Assembly (NCBI RefSeq): GCF_006345805.1
Contig: NC_043001.1
Location: 131,254,001-131,318,000, forward strand
Direction of reading: 5' to 3'
DNA length: 64,000 nt
Source: Octopus sinensis
Lineage: Eukaryota
The notes beneath the pieces were generated by a model. That model made no database searches, was not told where the DNA came from, and was given only the letters and a program-made list of their open reading frames with translations. Positions 40,293 to 53,870 of the stretch are shown piece after piece. Each line of letters starts with the position of its first letter. Position 1 is the first letter of the stretch. The translations under genes were made by a program, and so were the position numbers.

Positions 40293-41379
40293 GCGCGCAG
40301 GTGTGTGTGTGTATGCATATGTATGCATAAGAAACTGATAAATTGCAATTTACAAAAGTTTGCAGTTTTATTTGGATTAAAATACCAGCTTCAGCAGAGT
40401 AAAATTTCTCACTACAGTTCACCTCTACCAATGTAACTAGAGTGTAAAACCCATTGCATTTTATTGAATGTAAAATTTTTAGATTATTTTTATTGACAAG
40501 TAATCAGTATATGTAATATTTCAAAAGAAAATTTCTGATATATATTATTAGTTGGTGCAGTTCGTATAAATGGATAGGAAGATTTACACCATCAATTTTG
40601 GTATTCCACATCTATTAGTTTCCATAGATTTGCACAATTTATTCAAATGAAGATCTCCAATTTCAATATTAAATGCCTCTTACTACTTCACACATCAACA
40701 TTATGAAACAATATATGCAACAGTTATTTTTTTTTTTTTTTTTTACAATTTCTAATATTTATGACATTGAAAATTAGTCTTCAATCCATCACCAAGTATA
40801 TTTATGCACCAGAAAACAAATTCGAATGCAAGATCACAATTCATGAAGAGCAGATCTATGCATTCATATTTTCTTAGAGAATTTCAAAATGAGATATTTT
40901 GCTTTTGAATTCATACAGCTGAAAGTTTATTCCTCGTCAAAAGTTTTGTTAGATATTTGTAAAAATATTAGAATCTGAATTTTTCAGATAATTTAATATT
41001 CTTAAAAACTTCACAAGAGATTTTCTCTTCTTTCCTACAATAGGCTTCTCAGATGCAAAAATAAAAATAAAAAATGAACATTTAACAAGTACATGATTTC
41101 TGCATTTGATTTATAACTTTTCAGGTAGGACATGGCTTATATGAAGGAAACAGGGCTGAAAGAAGCAAGTGCAGTAAGACAGTCCTTCTAGTGCTGATGC
41201 CATGATAAAACACCAGGACTACATTTGTTTGTTTGTTTTAAAGGGGACTGGTGTAATATGTCACTCGTTTTTAATACTACCATTTGATCTCAAGGTGTTT
41301 TCACCTTTGTTCACTCCATTGCAAAACAGTCTCTGGTTTCAAGATAATATGTCACATGTTGCATCCTATTGCACTCTGC

Positions 41380-41790
41380 TTTTGAAAGTGTAACTATTTA
41401 TTATAGGGTTTCCTAGTAATGGCTCACTTTCAGATAGAACATTAGGCAATAGTCACATTGGTAAAGCCTTAGAAGGTTGTGCTAATAGTTGACACATAAT
41501 TCTGTGTTATCTTCCCTGTCTAAAAACCTCCCTCGTTCTTCTAAACACATCTGCTCTCTCTAACTTTCTCCAAAGACCTCCAGCAATTGTTCAGCTATGT
41601 TTCATCCACGTTTAAAAAGATCTTAACTCACCCTTCTCTGAAGTCATCATCCTTAGTAACTTCAATGTTAAAAACATCTTTTTGGCTCTTTACACACTGC
41701 TCTATACTGACATATTTGCCATTCATATCCCTCACTGTCACACAAACACAATTTCTTTTTTCACCTTTATATAACTCTAGATTTTTCTAG
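41380..41790 (+). mobile_element. CR1-like LINE endonuclease fragment (decayed)
   Basis: FSEVIILSNFNVKN resembles the APE motif I.LGDFNVH. Confidence 0.45.
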
Positions 41791-42405
41791 AATCAATATC
41801 CTTGTTTTACTACCAAATATCATTGCATTTTTTTTATATGGAACTTGTACAGAAAGAAATTGTTATTGTTTAGTTGCAGACTAGCCTAGATTAAGTAGAT
41901 CTATGATCAAAAGCATTGTAGGAAGGCAGAGAGTGACTTAATGAAAATTTATTACCAACAGATTCATGAACAGTGTAAAGAATTCTCAGTTGACTCAAAT
42001 AAACTCTGTTCAAGACAGAAGTTGCATTTTAGTGAAACTTATCCTTTATGTTATCTACACAACTTCATTGTTCAACACACTATATAAAATGTGAAAAATG
42101 CCTTTCTACCATAAACACAAAGTTATACAACTGATACAAAGTTATACACCCTCTTTATTCCACATCTAATTATCTAATTTCAATAGAAAACACATAAAAT
42201 GCATGCTAGAATATCCATATTACACCTACTTAGTCTATCATCTACCTCAGTAAACTGAACAGCCATCAATTAAGTAGCCATTTATTTTATTAAATCAGAT
42301 TAAAGGGGTGTGGCCATTACCTTTCAGGCACTCCAAGACCTGTGAGATCAACATGGATAATGTTTCCCTTGAACAGCTACAAGTTAACATATACAGGCAA
42401 GGAAT

Positions 42406-42639
42406 ATAAGGCGGCGAGCAGGCAGAAACGTTAGCACGCCGGGCGAAATGCGTAGCCGTATTTCGTCTGTCATTACATTCCAAGTTCAAATTCCGCCAAG
42501 GTCGACTTTGCCTTTCATCCTTTCGGGGTCGATAAATTAAGTACCAGTTACGCACTGGGGTTGATGTAATCGACTTAATCCGTTTGTCTGTCCTTGTTTG
42601 TCCCCTCTGTGTTTAGCCCCTTGTGGGTAGTAAAGAAAT
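42406..42639 (+). mobile_element. full-length SINE family B with 17-bp target-site duplication
   Basis: ATATACAGGCAAGGAAT at 42389-42405 and 42640-42656. Confidence 0.95.
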
Positions 42640-43556
42640 ATATACAGGCAAGGAATTCTAGAGTGTTTTTGTGAAAAGACAGAATATAAGTGATAAAAAG
42701 AGAGAATGCTTTGGTGAGAAAGCTTTGGTGGATGTAACATATGAATAGACAGTTTGAAGGGGCAAAAGACATTGTAATGGTGGTAGAAATGGCAGTGAGG
42801 GAGGGACGGAGGGATGGGGGAGAGAGAGAGAGAGGGAGAAAAGGCAGCATGTGATTTGAGTGCACTTGTTGTCATTAAGAAAATAAAAAGATTTTCTTTA
42901 ATGACAACTAGTAGGTATAGAAGCTGATTGTAATGGCAGTCTCCATTACTTCTGAATTGTTGGAAAGTAGACTGGAAAAAGATACAACGTAGCAGGTTTC
43001 CAAAGAGCAGAACATATCTCTGTAGAGCAAGGTGGGAGGAATAGTGTGGGGAGAGAGAAAGGGAGAAGATGAAAGAGGAAGAAAGAGGTAAAGAAAAAGA
43101 ACGCAAAGTTAAGTGAGTATAGGGGCTAGATCTGGTGTGCAGTGTATGAGACTAATAGAGAGAACTTCCCGGGTTCAATTGCTTTGTTGGCTTGAAATGA
43201 CCAGAGATACTGTATGTGTATGCGATTATGAAGCGGAAGTATGAAGTCAGGGTGGCACAGATGAGCTACATCCACCTCCTCTCTTTTCAAGTCTTTTGAT
43301 ATGATTCCAACTCAAAACCCTTATTTCATACATTTATTTCCTCCCATATTCTGAATTAATCTTCATTTAATGAATCTGCAAGTTTTGGCATTCACAATTA
43401 ACTTTAAGTCCTGTCTACAGAAATCTGCATTTGTTGCCAAGTATGAGAGAAACAAAGTTTAGCCTCATTTTCAAAAGAACTTTTTGTCAAAGGACTTATT
43501 ATGTGAACCATGTGTGCAGAATATTTTTTTTGCATTTTATGGGGCAAATTTCTCCA

Positions 43557-43767
43557 TTTTACTCTTACTCTTTACTCTTTTACTCTTTTACTTGTTTCAG
43601 TCATTTGACTGCGGCCACGCTGAAGCACCGCCTTTTAGTCGAGCAAATCGTCCCCGGGACTTATTCTTTGTAAGCCCAGTACTTATTCCATCGATCTCTT
43701 TTTGCCGAACCGCTAAGTGACAGGGACGTAAACACACCAGCATCGGTTGTCAAGCAATGCTAGGGGG

Positions 43768-43808
<41 letters not shown>

Positions 43809-43980
43809 CATATATACGATGGGCTTCTTTTCAGTTTCCGTCTACCAAATCCACTCACAAGGCATTGGTCGGCCCGGAGCTATAGTAGAAGACACTTGCC
43901 CAAGATGCCACGCAGTGGGACTGAACCCAGAACCATGTGGTTGGTTAGCAAGCTACTTACCACACAGCCACTCCTGCGCC
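43557..43980 (-). mobile_element. full-length SINE family A
   Basis: (TTTTACTC)n tail through the CACAGCCACTCCTGCGCC head on the minus strand. Confidence 0.93.
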
Positions 43981-45947
43981 ATTTGTTTTGTCTTTTTTTC
44001 AATTTTCAAGCATAATGGCAGTAAATACTTCAAAGTAATGCATTACAATTTGGGGATATTACTTATTAAGGATTTACTTATTTATTAATGATTTGATTAG
44101 AGAGAAAGAATTTCCATTTGGATAAAACAATTAAAGTGGTATTTATAAAAACCAGTGATCTAAATGTTGTTGGGATTTATCAATTCTGAGCAGAAGAAGA
44201 GCTAGCATGGAGTTGATATTGCAGTGATGCTTTTGTTGGTGAATTGTAAGGATTAAAAGAAAAACCAATTTACTGATAGTTTTAACTGGAGACTCTCTGC
44301 ATATTGCAAGTTTATGAGGAGAGTGTAATTCTTGTATTAAGAGTAAATTACACAACTCTGTTGGGTCTTACAAAGCCTTTGATTAGAAAATGAAGGCATG
44401 CCTCAGAATTCCTCTTTAAGTGGAAGTTGCACTGCTTGTAATCAACTTACCTAAGCACTGCTTATGTTCAACTTACCTTCGGCAAGTGAAAGTGATATAA
44501 CAAGCCAAAAAAAAAAAAAAAAAACTCAACTTGTAAAAGCCTATAACATTTACAATGTACATCGATGATCATTATATCATATCAGTAAATTTCATATATT
44601 CTCGGGCAATAAGTATGTTTTTTATGATTTTCATTCTGAGCTGCATTCCATCAAAATCTCTGGTTTCTAACAGGATTGGGAGATCTATAGAGAGAAAAAA
44701 CACTACAGACTTTAAAAGTTAAGATTGATTGAATAAATTAACCTAGGTGAGATTTAAATGAGGGCAACTCACTCTAAATTTATTGCTATCAAGTTTCAGT
44801 GTTATTGTTTCAAACTCAGGGCTAAGTCAAGTACAAATATAGAAAAAGATTTGCAAGAGAAAAGTTCCACTAATTCATTAAATTCCCAGTTAATTATTTT
44901 TATTACTGTAATCATATTCTTTAGCAGGTGCGACCAAACAAGTTACATTAATTTCACCTGATCCTATATTAAGGTAACAAAGCTGAAGTATTTGGATTAG
45001 TTAACTAAAGGTAAGACTCTTTCAAATGCTAGTGCACTATTTCTAGCAACTTAAGTATCAGAGAAGACATCAACAAAAAGTGCTAAAATTATTTCTAACA
45101 ATTAATTTCTCAAACAACACAAAAAGCAAATAGTCATTATATCAATATTTCAAAAGTTAATGTTTATTGTCATACAGTGAAACATTGTGGTCTCCTCTAA
45201 TTGGACTAGAGCTTTTTTTTTTTTATTATTAACTTGAGTGAGATAGACAAAAGATTTGTCTAAGACTAACACAACAAAGACTCAAATGAAACGAAGAACT
45301 ACTGAATATTTTTCCTTCAGAAAAATATACTTTCAAGAAACATAACCAGATGACATTATTTGTAAAGACTTAATTCTAGAAATTTAAGGACTTACACAAT
45401 TTTAAAAAAAGTAACTTCAAAAAAGAATTTTATTTTATTCAGACATCAAGTGTATCCACTAATACCTTAACTAGCAAACAAAGTACACTAAGCCATTGCT
45501 TTTGATCACCTAATGTCTTGTTTGTTATGAGATGAATAAAATATTTACTCAAGCATTTGGATTTTGTAAGGCTACTTACATAGATTATTCTGTTTTTATT
45601 ACTTTTTTTCTTCCATTTACTTCAAATAGAAAAGTAAACATATTACAAGTTTTGGTTGGCATCATTTAATACTAAAAGCCAGACAGAAGGCTATAGACAC
45701 ACTTGCCTAACCAAAAAACATTTTAAAAAGATAACAAAGAAGTAGAAAGCAAGTTTATAAATATTTGCGAAACGTAAAATATTTTAAACTAGGAGATAGT
45801 GTGCAAATGCAAGGACAAATTAAAATTTTGTTGAGAAAATAATACATTTAAAATTATACAGATGTACAAGCTTGCTAAGTAAGAGTAGAAAGAAAGAACC
45901 ATAAGAATTACTGTTAAGAAATTATGTAAACAAAAAAGAATGACATA

Positions 45948-47089
45948 CAGAGTGTCCTAGAAAAAGTTACCAATGTTTAAAACTCTTCCAGAAGAATATC
46001 AGTTCAGGTAATATTATCCACATTTTACATGAAGATTAGCAAATGTCTTTTGTTCATGTATCTATTGTTTTGTTTGTCTATAACAGGTTTGTGAACAAAC
46101 ATCGCATCAAAAGCAAAATGTGACCAAAACAGCTTGAATGAGTAACAAGGACATAACAAAACAGTTGAATGTGTGCCGTAAAATGGTGTTCAATATCTGG
46201 AAACAGCATATGGAGTCTGCTACTACTTCTAACAAGCCCAATTCTTGGTAGGAAATTATCAAACAAACTGTTAAAGCTGTGAGAAAGCAAATGAACTGAA
46301 ATCCTCACAGGAGAACAAGAAAAACTGCAAAAGCTCTTGATATTTTGAAATTGTCAATGCAAAGGATTTTTAAAGTGAATTTAAAGTTAACTGCATACAA
46401 GAAACAATCCCCACAGTTCATTTCAGTCGCTTCCAAGATGAAATGGTACAACTGGGGAAAAACCATTTTAGCTGCGATGAAGTGTACTGCTAACAAAGTG
46501 TTGATTTGGTATGAGATCTTCATCATGTTGCATCTGATGAGTATAAGTCTTCCTTGGTCTTCATCATTGCTGGCGTCAAGGTCAACAGTGAAATGTTGGC
46601 TGAGAAAGTGTTACTATAAAGCTGGTAACAAAAAAAAACCTTTAGTGACCATTACATCTTCACTCAAGACTAGGCTCCAGTTCACACATCCAGTTTCACA
46701 CAGAGTGTATGCAAAGAGCATTTCACTGGTTTGGGAGAAAAGACAATAAGGCCTCCCTCAAGTCCAGACATAAATTCCATGGACTTTACTATCTGGTCCT
46801 TCTTAGAGAGTAATATTTCTGCTTGCTCCTATTCAGATGTGTCAGATCTGAAGAAAACCCTTCTGTCTTTATGGGTCAAGTTGGATGAAGCGATGGTACG
46901 GCACTCATGCAAATCAGTCACCACTCATTTGTAGGTTATGATCAAGGTGAAAGGTCATTTTAAAATGTATTTATTGCAATGGATTGATAATTTACATTAG
47001 AATGTGTGTCAAATTTCATTATCCTACCTTAAGTGTTTATTTTGAATAATTAAGACACATCAATGGGTAAATCTTTCTGGGACCCCCTG
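45948..47089 (+). mobile_element. DD37D (maT-type) Tc1/mariner element, defective, both ends present
   Basis: Imperfect TIRs CAGAGTGTCCTAGAAAAAGTTACC / GGGTAAATCTTTCTGGGACCCCCTG with TA on both flanks. Translation YIFTQD*APVHTS...RPPSSPDINSMDFTIW has 37 residues between the second and third Asp. Confidence 0.85.
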
Positions 47090-50000
47090 TAAGTGGGTAA
47101 AAAAATTCATTTCCAACTGGAGTAGAGAGTTTAAGGACCACATAAATTGTTGCCGAAAACATGGAAGAATGAACTGGAATAAAAAGAGCTAGCCAGCAGT
47201 GCTAGTAATAGATCTTTGAAAATTGATGCAGAAACACTGTGTTATGTTTCCATAAACCAGAATAAACTCCAGTATAGAGAATGGTTTAATGATAACAGTT
47301 CAAACAGCAAAACACACTGCTTGAGGATAATAGAATAATTAATATCAGGGCTTGGTCTCTCTGTCAAGTTAGCATAATTGGAGATACTTGCCTATACTTT
47401 ACAACTATATGCAACATGGTGGTGAAACAAGAGAGGAGTTCATATGAGGTTTAGAGCTGTGTGTAGTTGAAAGCAAAGCAGGCAATGAATAGAGTGGCTT
47501 TGTTAGCAGGAATGCTACTTCTACTGCCATTTTGCTTGAGGAGTATAAGAATTCTTAAAAGGTAATAGTGAGTATCTTTGTAAGAGAAAAACAAATTATG
47601 TTGAATCCAGGTAGCAAAAGAACTTTCAGACTATATACTTTGCCCTTCTGGTAATCTTGCAGTAATTACAATATGGAAAATCACACACCCACTGTAAACA
47701 GTGCCCTTCACTTGAACTACTCAAGCGTTCAAGGGCCATGCATTTTGGTTGCATGAGAGATGTGTAGTGATATATCTAAAGAAATATATCAGTTGTTCAC
47801 TTAGCTGCATTAGATATAAAAATCAGAACTAGTAGAGCTCCAAGCAGTTAGCTAACTAGGAATAAGAAATTTTGCAAATAGCCATAATTAGGCAGTAAAC
47901 AGTTGCTTTGATAGAACAAAGAGATGGATGGGAAAATTTTCATTTAAAGGTGAGAAAGTAAAAGATATACAGAGTCAGTAAAACACGATGAGGTGGCTAA
48001 CTGATGCAGACAGTAGCAACATACAAAGCAAGTATGTTATACTTTAAACTTATCCAACATTCATCACAATAGAAAAATAGTCATTAACTTGATAGAGATA
48101 TAGCCTAATCTTTTTCTTTCAGAATTTATTCCAAGGTTAACATTGTATAAAAATAATCATATATATGTAAATTGATAAAAGATATGCATTGTGAGAAAAT
48201 TGTCTGTAAAAATAGGAGCTCAAAATAACTTTGAATTCTTGTTTCCCTCTTCATCATAAGTGAAATGAAACAGCAATTAGTCTATTCAAACTTACAATCA
48301 ATGATGCCATTATTCCCAAAATCCATAATAAGAAAGAAAGAAAACAAGAGACCTTTATAACCCAACTAATATCAGGATAATAGACATTTATGTAGACTTT
48401 TTCACAATCTGCATATTTTTGAAAGTAAACTTCAGTTTCTCCACTCATGATTTAACCCCACCTGAATGCTTACTTCAGACATAGCCTCTGTAAAATGAGT
48501 TCTTAGCTCTCTTGGGCACAACTGAACACATTACAACTTATTTTCAGGAAAATTGATTGGTTCAATATCACCTATCTTTTTGTTTTTATAATAATTCATC
48601 TGTAAACTTCACTGTTCAGGAATGCATATACCCAGACCTCTATGTCACTTAATCTCAGTAGGTGAACAATTAAATTAATAAAGTAGCTTAACAAATTTAT
48701 TTTCGCATATAAATGTATTCACAGTAAATAAACTTAAAAAAGATCGATTCACATGTGATTTTAGCACCATAACTTCACCACCATAGATATAGATATTACC
48801 AACTTGTTCCCTCCTAAAATGCAATTAAAACAATTCTTAACATTGTAAAAACCTGTCATATTTCTCTTGAGATTCTGTATATTAACTATATTGAATTACA
48901 TGTACAAAAGCAATAGTTTTGCTGAAACTTTTCAAAACAGCTTATTACAGATTAACAATTCTAAAAATCAACACTTTTACTATCTAAGCTGAAGGTTTAT
49001 ATTCCTTAATATTCAAATTCTGCTGCATAGTTTCTTGCGCAAAACTATTTTCTTAATCTCACCCTCTAGGATCATGTTTTAAATTTTAAACTGAAATTAG
49101 CCTTTATATATGGTGCAAAAGATTTAAACACATATGTTCATCAATATCATTGACGCAACATCAACTCAAGTTGGTATGGTTAAACAAATCACTAGTATAG
49201 TATTTTCCTTAACATCTTGATAATAAAGTTTCATCTAATAATCATTCCATTTGCTAATTTATTTGCTTTATCCACAAAGATATCCATCTCCTTAAGGCAT
49301 TTTTCATCTCTTATGTATCCTCTATTTGTATTTCAAGTGCTTATCAACAAAGCTGCTTCTGCTACATTTCAGTAAAGGCTAATTTGTGCTCAATCTATCG
49401 CTTATGTTCAAAATGTTGAACAGTATATTTTAAAACATCTCCAGACTGAGTGAGTGCCTTAGATTATATACAACAAAATAAGTTTTGCAGTAGTCAACTC
49501 ATTACATATATTATTGCTTTTAATTTAGCTTAATATTATACTGTATTTAGTACAGAAGACTTGGTACAAAACTTATAGGATTCTGCATGGAAAATGAAAC
49601 TTCAAAGGCCAGAGAGAGTTTCAAATGATGTTACATGTCTACTATTATTAGTGAGGTTAGAAATGAATTTGATTTGTTGAACATGTTAACAAAATAAATT
49701 ATAAAGATGATTATGGAAAATACACTACATACATAATATATGACTGAAGTCATATTTTGGAAAGTATATTTTAGTATCAAAGTCATTAAAGCAAATTAAA
49801 TAAAGTAGTCAGCAAAGCATATTTAAAGTTAAGTACAACTATGAAATTATCAATTAATAAAAAATCAGACAAAGCCCATTTCTCGTTATAAAATGATGGG
49901 GCCATCCATTAGCAGCTTTAAATGATGAATTAAGAGAAAACAATGTAGTCTTCAAACTTATCTGTAGCAGATTTACTATTCTGATCAGTGACCCAATTTT

Positions 50001-52810
50001 GTAGGTGTTTATCTCTGGATAAACTCCTCACTCTTCATGCCTTTTTGCATATTTGGTATTTCTAGTAAAGTTTCCTTTTTGCTTTCTCAAACCTCTCACA
50101 AGTTTTTTTTTTGTAATACAGAAAACACTCTCCCAAATTCTCCAAATCACATGTCTCAAAGTTTGGAAGCAATATCATATGAACACTGCTTTTACATGAG
50201 TAGTTATCTTTATATCAACGTTTGACATGAGAAACAATTTTACCCTTTTATAGTTATCTCTTTAGCAAGTTTACAGTTTGACAAACAAATCCTATTAAAA
50301 CTTTTGTTTCTTTCTTTTCCATTTGATCTTCAGAAGTTCCACATTTCTTGCACCAGTTTCTTTCAAACTTTGCTGTCAATTCTTACCAACATTTATCATT
50401 AACTCATCAATATCAAATCTCCATGCCTACATATCATCATATCACTATCAATATTTTAAAAGATCAGACTGTTTCAAATTTTACTTCTATCAATTATCAA
50501 TATTCTGCTCATCAGTTACTTCATTCTACCTGTCTAGCTTTTTTGAATTAATCTCTAAAAATGTTTATAGTTACTAAGCTATAAAGAAAAAAAGTAGACC
50601 AAGAATAATTGGTACCACTTTAGCATGCATTCTATCTAGCCATTTACAGTTTAGGGTGCAGTTTAACCCTAAAACCATAAATATCAACCCTAACCAAGAT
50701 CAGACTATAGATGCAGTGGTTGACCACACACTGAAACAGCATTGAATAATTTTTCTTAGTTTACTTTCTATGTATTGGAAAGCACAGTAGTTCATTCAAG
50801 ATGGCTAAAGTCACACACAATCTGTGCTCACATGGTACAGCATTTATAATAGCAGCCAACAGTGATAATGATGAAATATCTTGCATAAGATTAAGCCATA
50901 TAGTTGTGACATACCTAAATTTTGTTACAAAATTTGAGTACAAATATGCGGCATACATCAATAAATGTAGTACCTAAATCTTTTTCTTTACAGCTGCATG
51001 CATTTGAATTAAAACAAAGTATAAAAAATATCTTTGAAATAGGGCTCATAACCACAAATCCTTTAATCATCAATGTTAGGTTCTAAGATGCAAAGATTTT
51101 AGTTCAATGGTAATTTAATACAAGAGGCTATCATAAAGCTTATTTAACAAGAATAACTGTTCCTTACTACTAAGGTATAAAAGAGTAAAAGTCATTTTCA
51201 TTCTCAACGCCACTAGTAACAAATGTACAATTAACTTCTTATTTTCTGATAACAGAAATAAGATACTTTTCAAGTTCTATTTCCATTTGCTTATAGTATA
51301 TATTCTTATATGTGGTTATATATTACTCATAAGTGATTGGTATAATACTTGAATAGGAACATTTATTTCAATATATGAAAGAATATCCTAATCAAATAAC
51401 TTATGTACTTCAAAATATAAGAAAAGAGGTAATAATCATTAAATTCTATTTGATAAATTACAGAAATACAAAACCTAAAAAATATTTATCTAGCCAATAT
51501 TTATGTTTAAAATTTTAGATAAATTCTTATCCTTTCCCTGTTATGATAATGAAACAGTTTCCCGAAGCTATTTAAGTTTTATTACTTATCAGAAATGAAT
51601 ATCTTCCAATGCATTATTGTAAAGATAAGACATTTACTGACATTATAGATGATTGTTTTAATTTGTCATTATCACACAACATCTAAAAAAGGAATTATTT
51701 CCAATTACAATATAAAGTAAAATGAAGTAAAATCAATGTAATAGTTGAAACTAAGCATACAGAGATCAAAAAATATTTCTATATTTTATAGGTGCAAATC
51801 TTCAAAGATACTTTTAATCTTCATGATCAAAGTTAAATGTTTATTACATTAAATTACTTGAAATAAGATAGCTTTGATAGATAAAGCTGAATGTTAAGTT
51901 AACAATGAATATTTGCAATTGAAACTTTATTCTTAAACTGATAAATAATGGAAACTTTATCATTCAAAAAATTAAAATTTAAACCATAGTTTAGCACAAA
52001 TAAAAACTGGCACTTGTTTTCAGGGAAATAAGAATTTATTTTTTTTAAATTATAGCCATTAACATTGAAAACATCAAAAATTATAATCTCAAAATTGTTT
52101 TCATATCACTTTAAAGAGTAATGCTTTATTACATACTCAATGCCAAAATATATATACAAGCCAAGCATCCAATTTATAGAATTTGTCCAAATCAACAACA
52201 ATTATGATACAACAAATATAAATCTGCAATTCTTAAGCTTTAAAATAAAATGTGCTAAGGGGATTATTTCAGAGCTTTCTTTAGAAATTTTTTTTAAAAA
52301 GTGGGGGTAAAGAGAAATAGATTTAAAATGTACTTCAAAATTATTATCACAGCAAAGACAGATTGTAGTTCAGACATTCTGAAAGATTAAAATGTGCTTT
52401 CTAAATAACATTATGACCAAGATACATACAGGAAAACTGAGATAAGTTAAGTTAAAAAATAATAATAACTTATAAATATTATTAGAGACAAATTTAACAG
52501 TTTAAGTGAGATTAGCAGATTGCAATTCAAGTAATCCTACTAAGTTTGAAATTTTTTTATATTACACAACATGTAATTGGGACATGATAAAAATATGATT
52601 TCAGAAGAAAGAATATATAGAAGAGACTGAGCTGATAATACCTCAAAGGTATAAAATACGGCTGGAGGAACTACAGACTTTCAAGAAGGATTATAGAGGA
52701 AATATAGATCGTTATTATATGTACACAACATAGCAATTCCAGATTGTAATATATGTAAAAGATACAATACACATGTATAACTCAAAAAAGAAAATTTCAT
52801 ACTTACAAGT

Positions 52811-52851
52811 ATGCTAGGGGGACAAACACAGACGCACAAGCATATACACAC

Positions 52852-52897
<46 letters not shown>

Positions 52898-53056
52898 GAC
52901 GGGCTTCTTTCAGTTTCCATCTACCAAATCCACTCACATGGCTTTGGTCGGCCCGAGGTTATAGTAGAAGACACTTGCCAAGGTGCCACGCAGTGGGACT
53001 GAACCCGGAACCATGTGGTTGGTAAACAAGCTACTTACCACACAGCCACTCCTGCA

Positions 53057-53058
<2 letters not shown>
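52811..53058 (-). mobile_element. SINE family A, head and linker only
   Basis: Runs from the head (CACAGCCACTCCTGCACC) to CCCCCTAGCAT; 3' core and tail absent. Confidence 0.88.
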
Positions 53059-53089
<31 letters not shown>

Positions 53090-53091
<2 letters not shown>

Positions 53092-53870
53092 CTAGGGTAC
53101 CCTAGCGGTTGAGGGAACCTGTGGAAGAGGCAGACCCAGGAAAACCTGGGACGAGGTGGCGAAGCACGACCTTCGAACTTTAGGTCTCACTGAGGAAATG
53201 ACTAGAGACCGAGACCTCTGGAAGTGTGCTGTGCGCGAGAAGACCTGGCAGGACAAGTGAGTCCACAACCTGTGGCCTTCTACATGGGATGGAGCCAGCC
53301 TACGTATGCATACCTTCCCTTCTTGGGACACAAAACTCTACTTGTGAAGACGTGTTGAGGCAAGTGAGGATCAGAATCGAAATCGATCAATGGAAATTGC
53401 GGATGTGCTACCAGTGCCGGTGGCATGTCGAAACTCTGCTTGTGAAGACCCATTGAGGCAAGTGAGGATCAGAATCGAAATCGATCAATGGAAATCGATC
53501 AATGGAAATTGCAGATGTGTTACCAGTGCCGGTGGCATGTAAGAGAACTTTCCGTTTCGCGACCGTTGCCAGCACCGCCCCGTTTCGTGTCCGTTGCCAG
53601 CCTCGCCTGGCCCTCGTGCCGGTGGCACATAAAAAGCACCATCCGTTCGTGGCCGTTTGCCAGCTCTGTCTGGCACCAGTGCGGGTGGCACGTAAAAAGC
53701 ACCCACTACACTCACGGAGTGGTTGGCGTTAGGAAGGGCATCCAGCCGTAGAAACACTGCCAGATTTGACTGGGCCTGATGAAGCCTTCTGGCTTCACAG
53801 ACCCCAGTAGAACCGTCCAACCCATGCTAGCATGGAAAACGGACGCTAAATGATGATGATGATGATGATG
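53090..53870 (+). mobile_element. young 5'-truncated RTE-clade LINE (ORF end, 3' UTR, (TGA)n tail) inserted in (TA)n
   Basis: VEGTCGRGRPRKTWDEVAKHDLRTLGLTEEMTRDRDLWKCAVREKTWQDK* (RTE R.GRPRKTW motif); tail AAATGATGATGATGATG; TA runs on both sides. Confidence 0.9.

Noticed and set aside
48254-48448. ORF ending SCFLSFLLWILGIMASLIVSLNRLIAVSF, resembling GPCR/chemoreceptor TM3
   Set aside because: No TM1-2 upstream or TM4-7 downstream in any frame I checked; T-rich DNA readily gives hydrophobic translations. An HMM search would settle it.
48700-50600. Possible ancient coding relic on the minus strand (acidic, codon-like stretches)
   Set aside because: Frequent stops and no motif I can assign to a family.
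53335-53720. Repeats with intervening sequence as a possible CRISPR-like array
   Set aside because: Eukaryotic context, irregular spacing and non-unique spacers; these are LINE 3' UTR duplications.
53776-53800. CTGATGA-AGCC-TTCT-GGCT resembling a hammerhead core
   Set aside because: No GAAA follows, and the homologous position in the 7091-7366 copy lacks CTGATGA.
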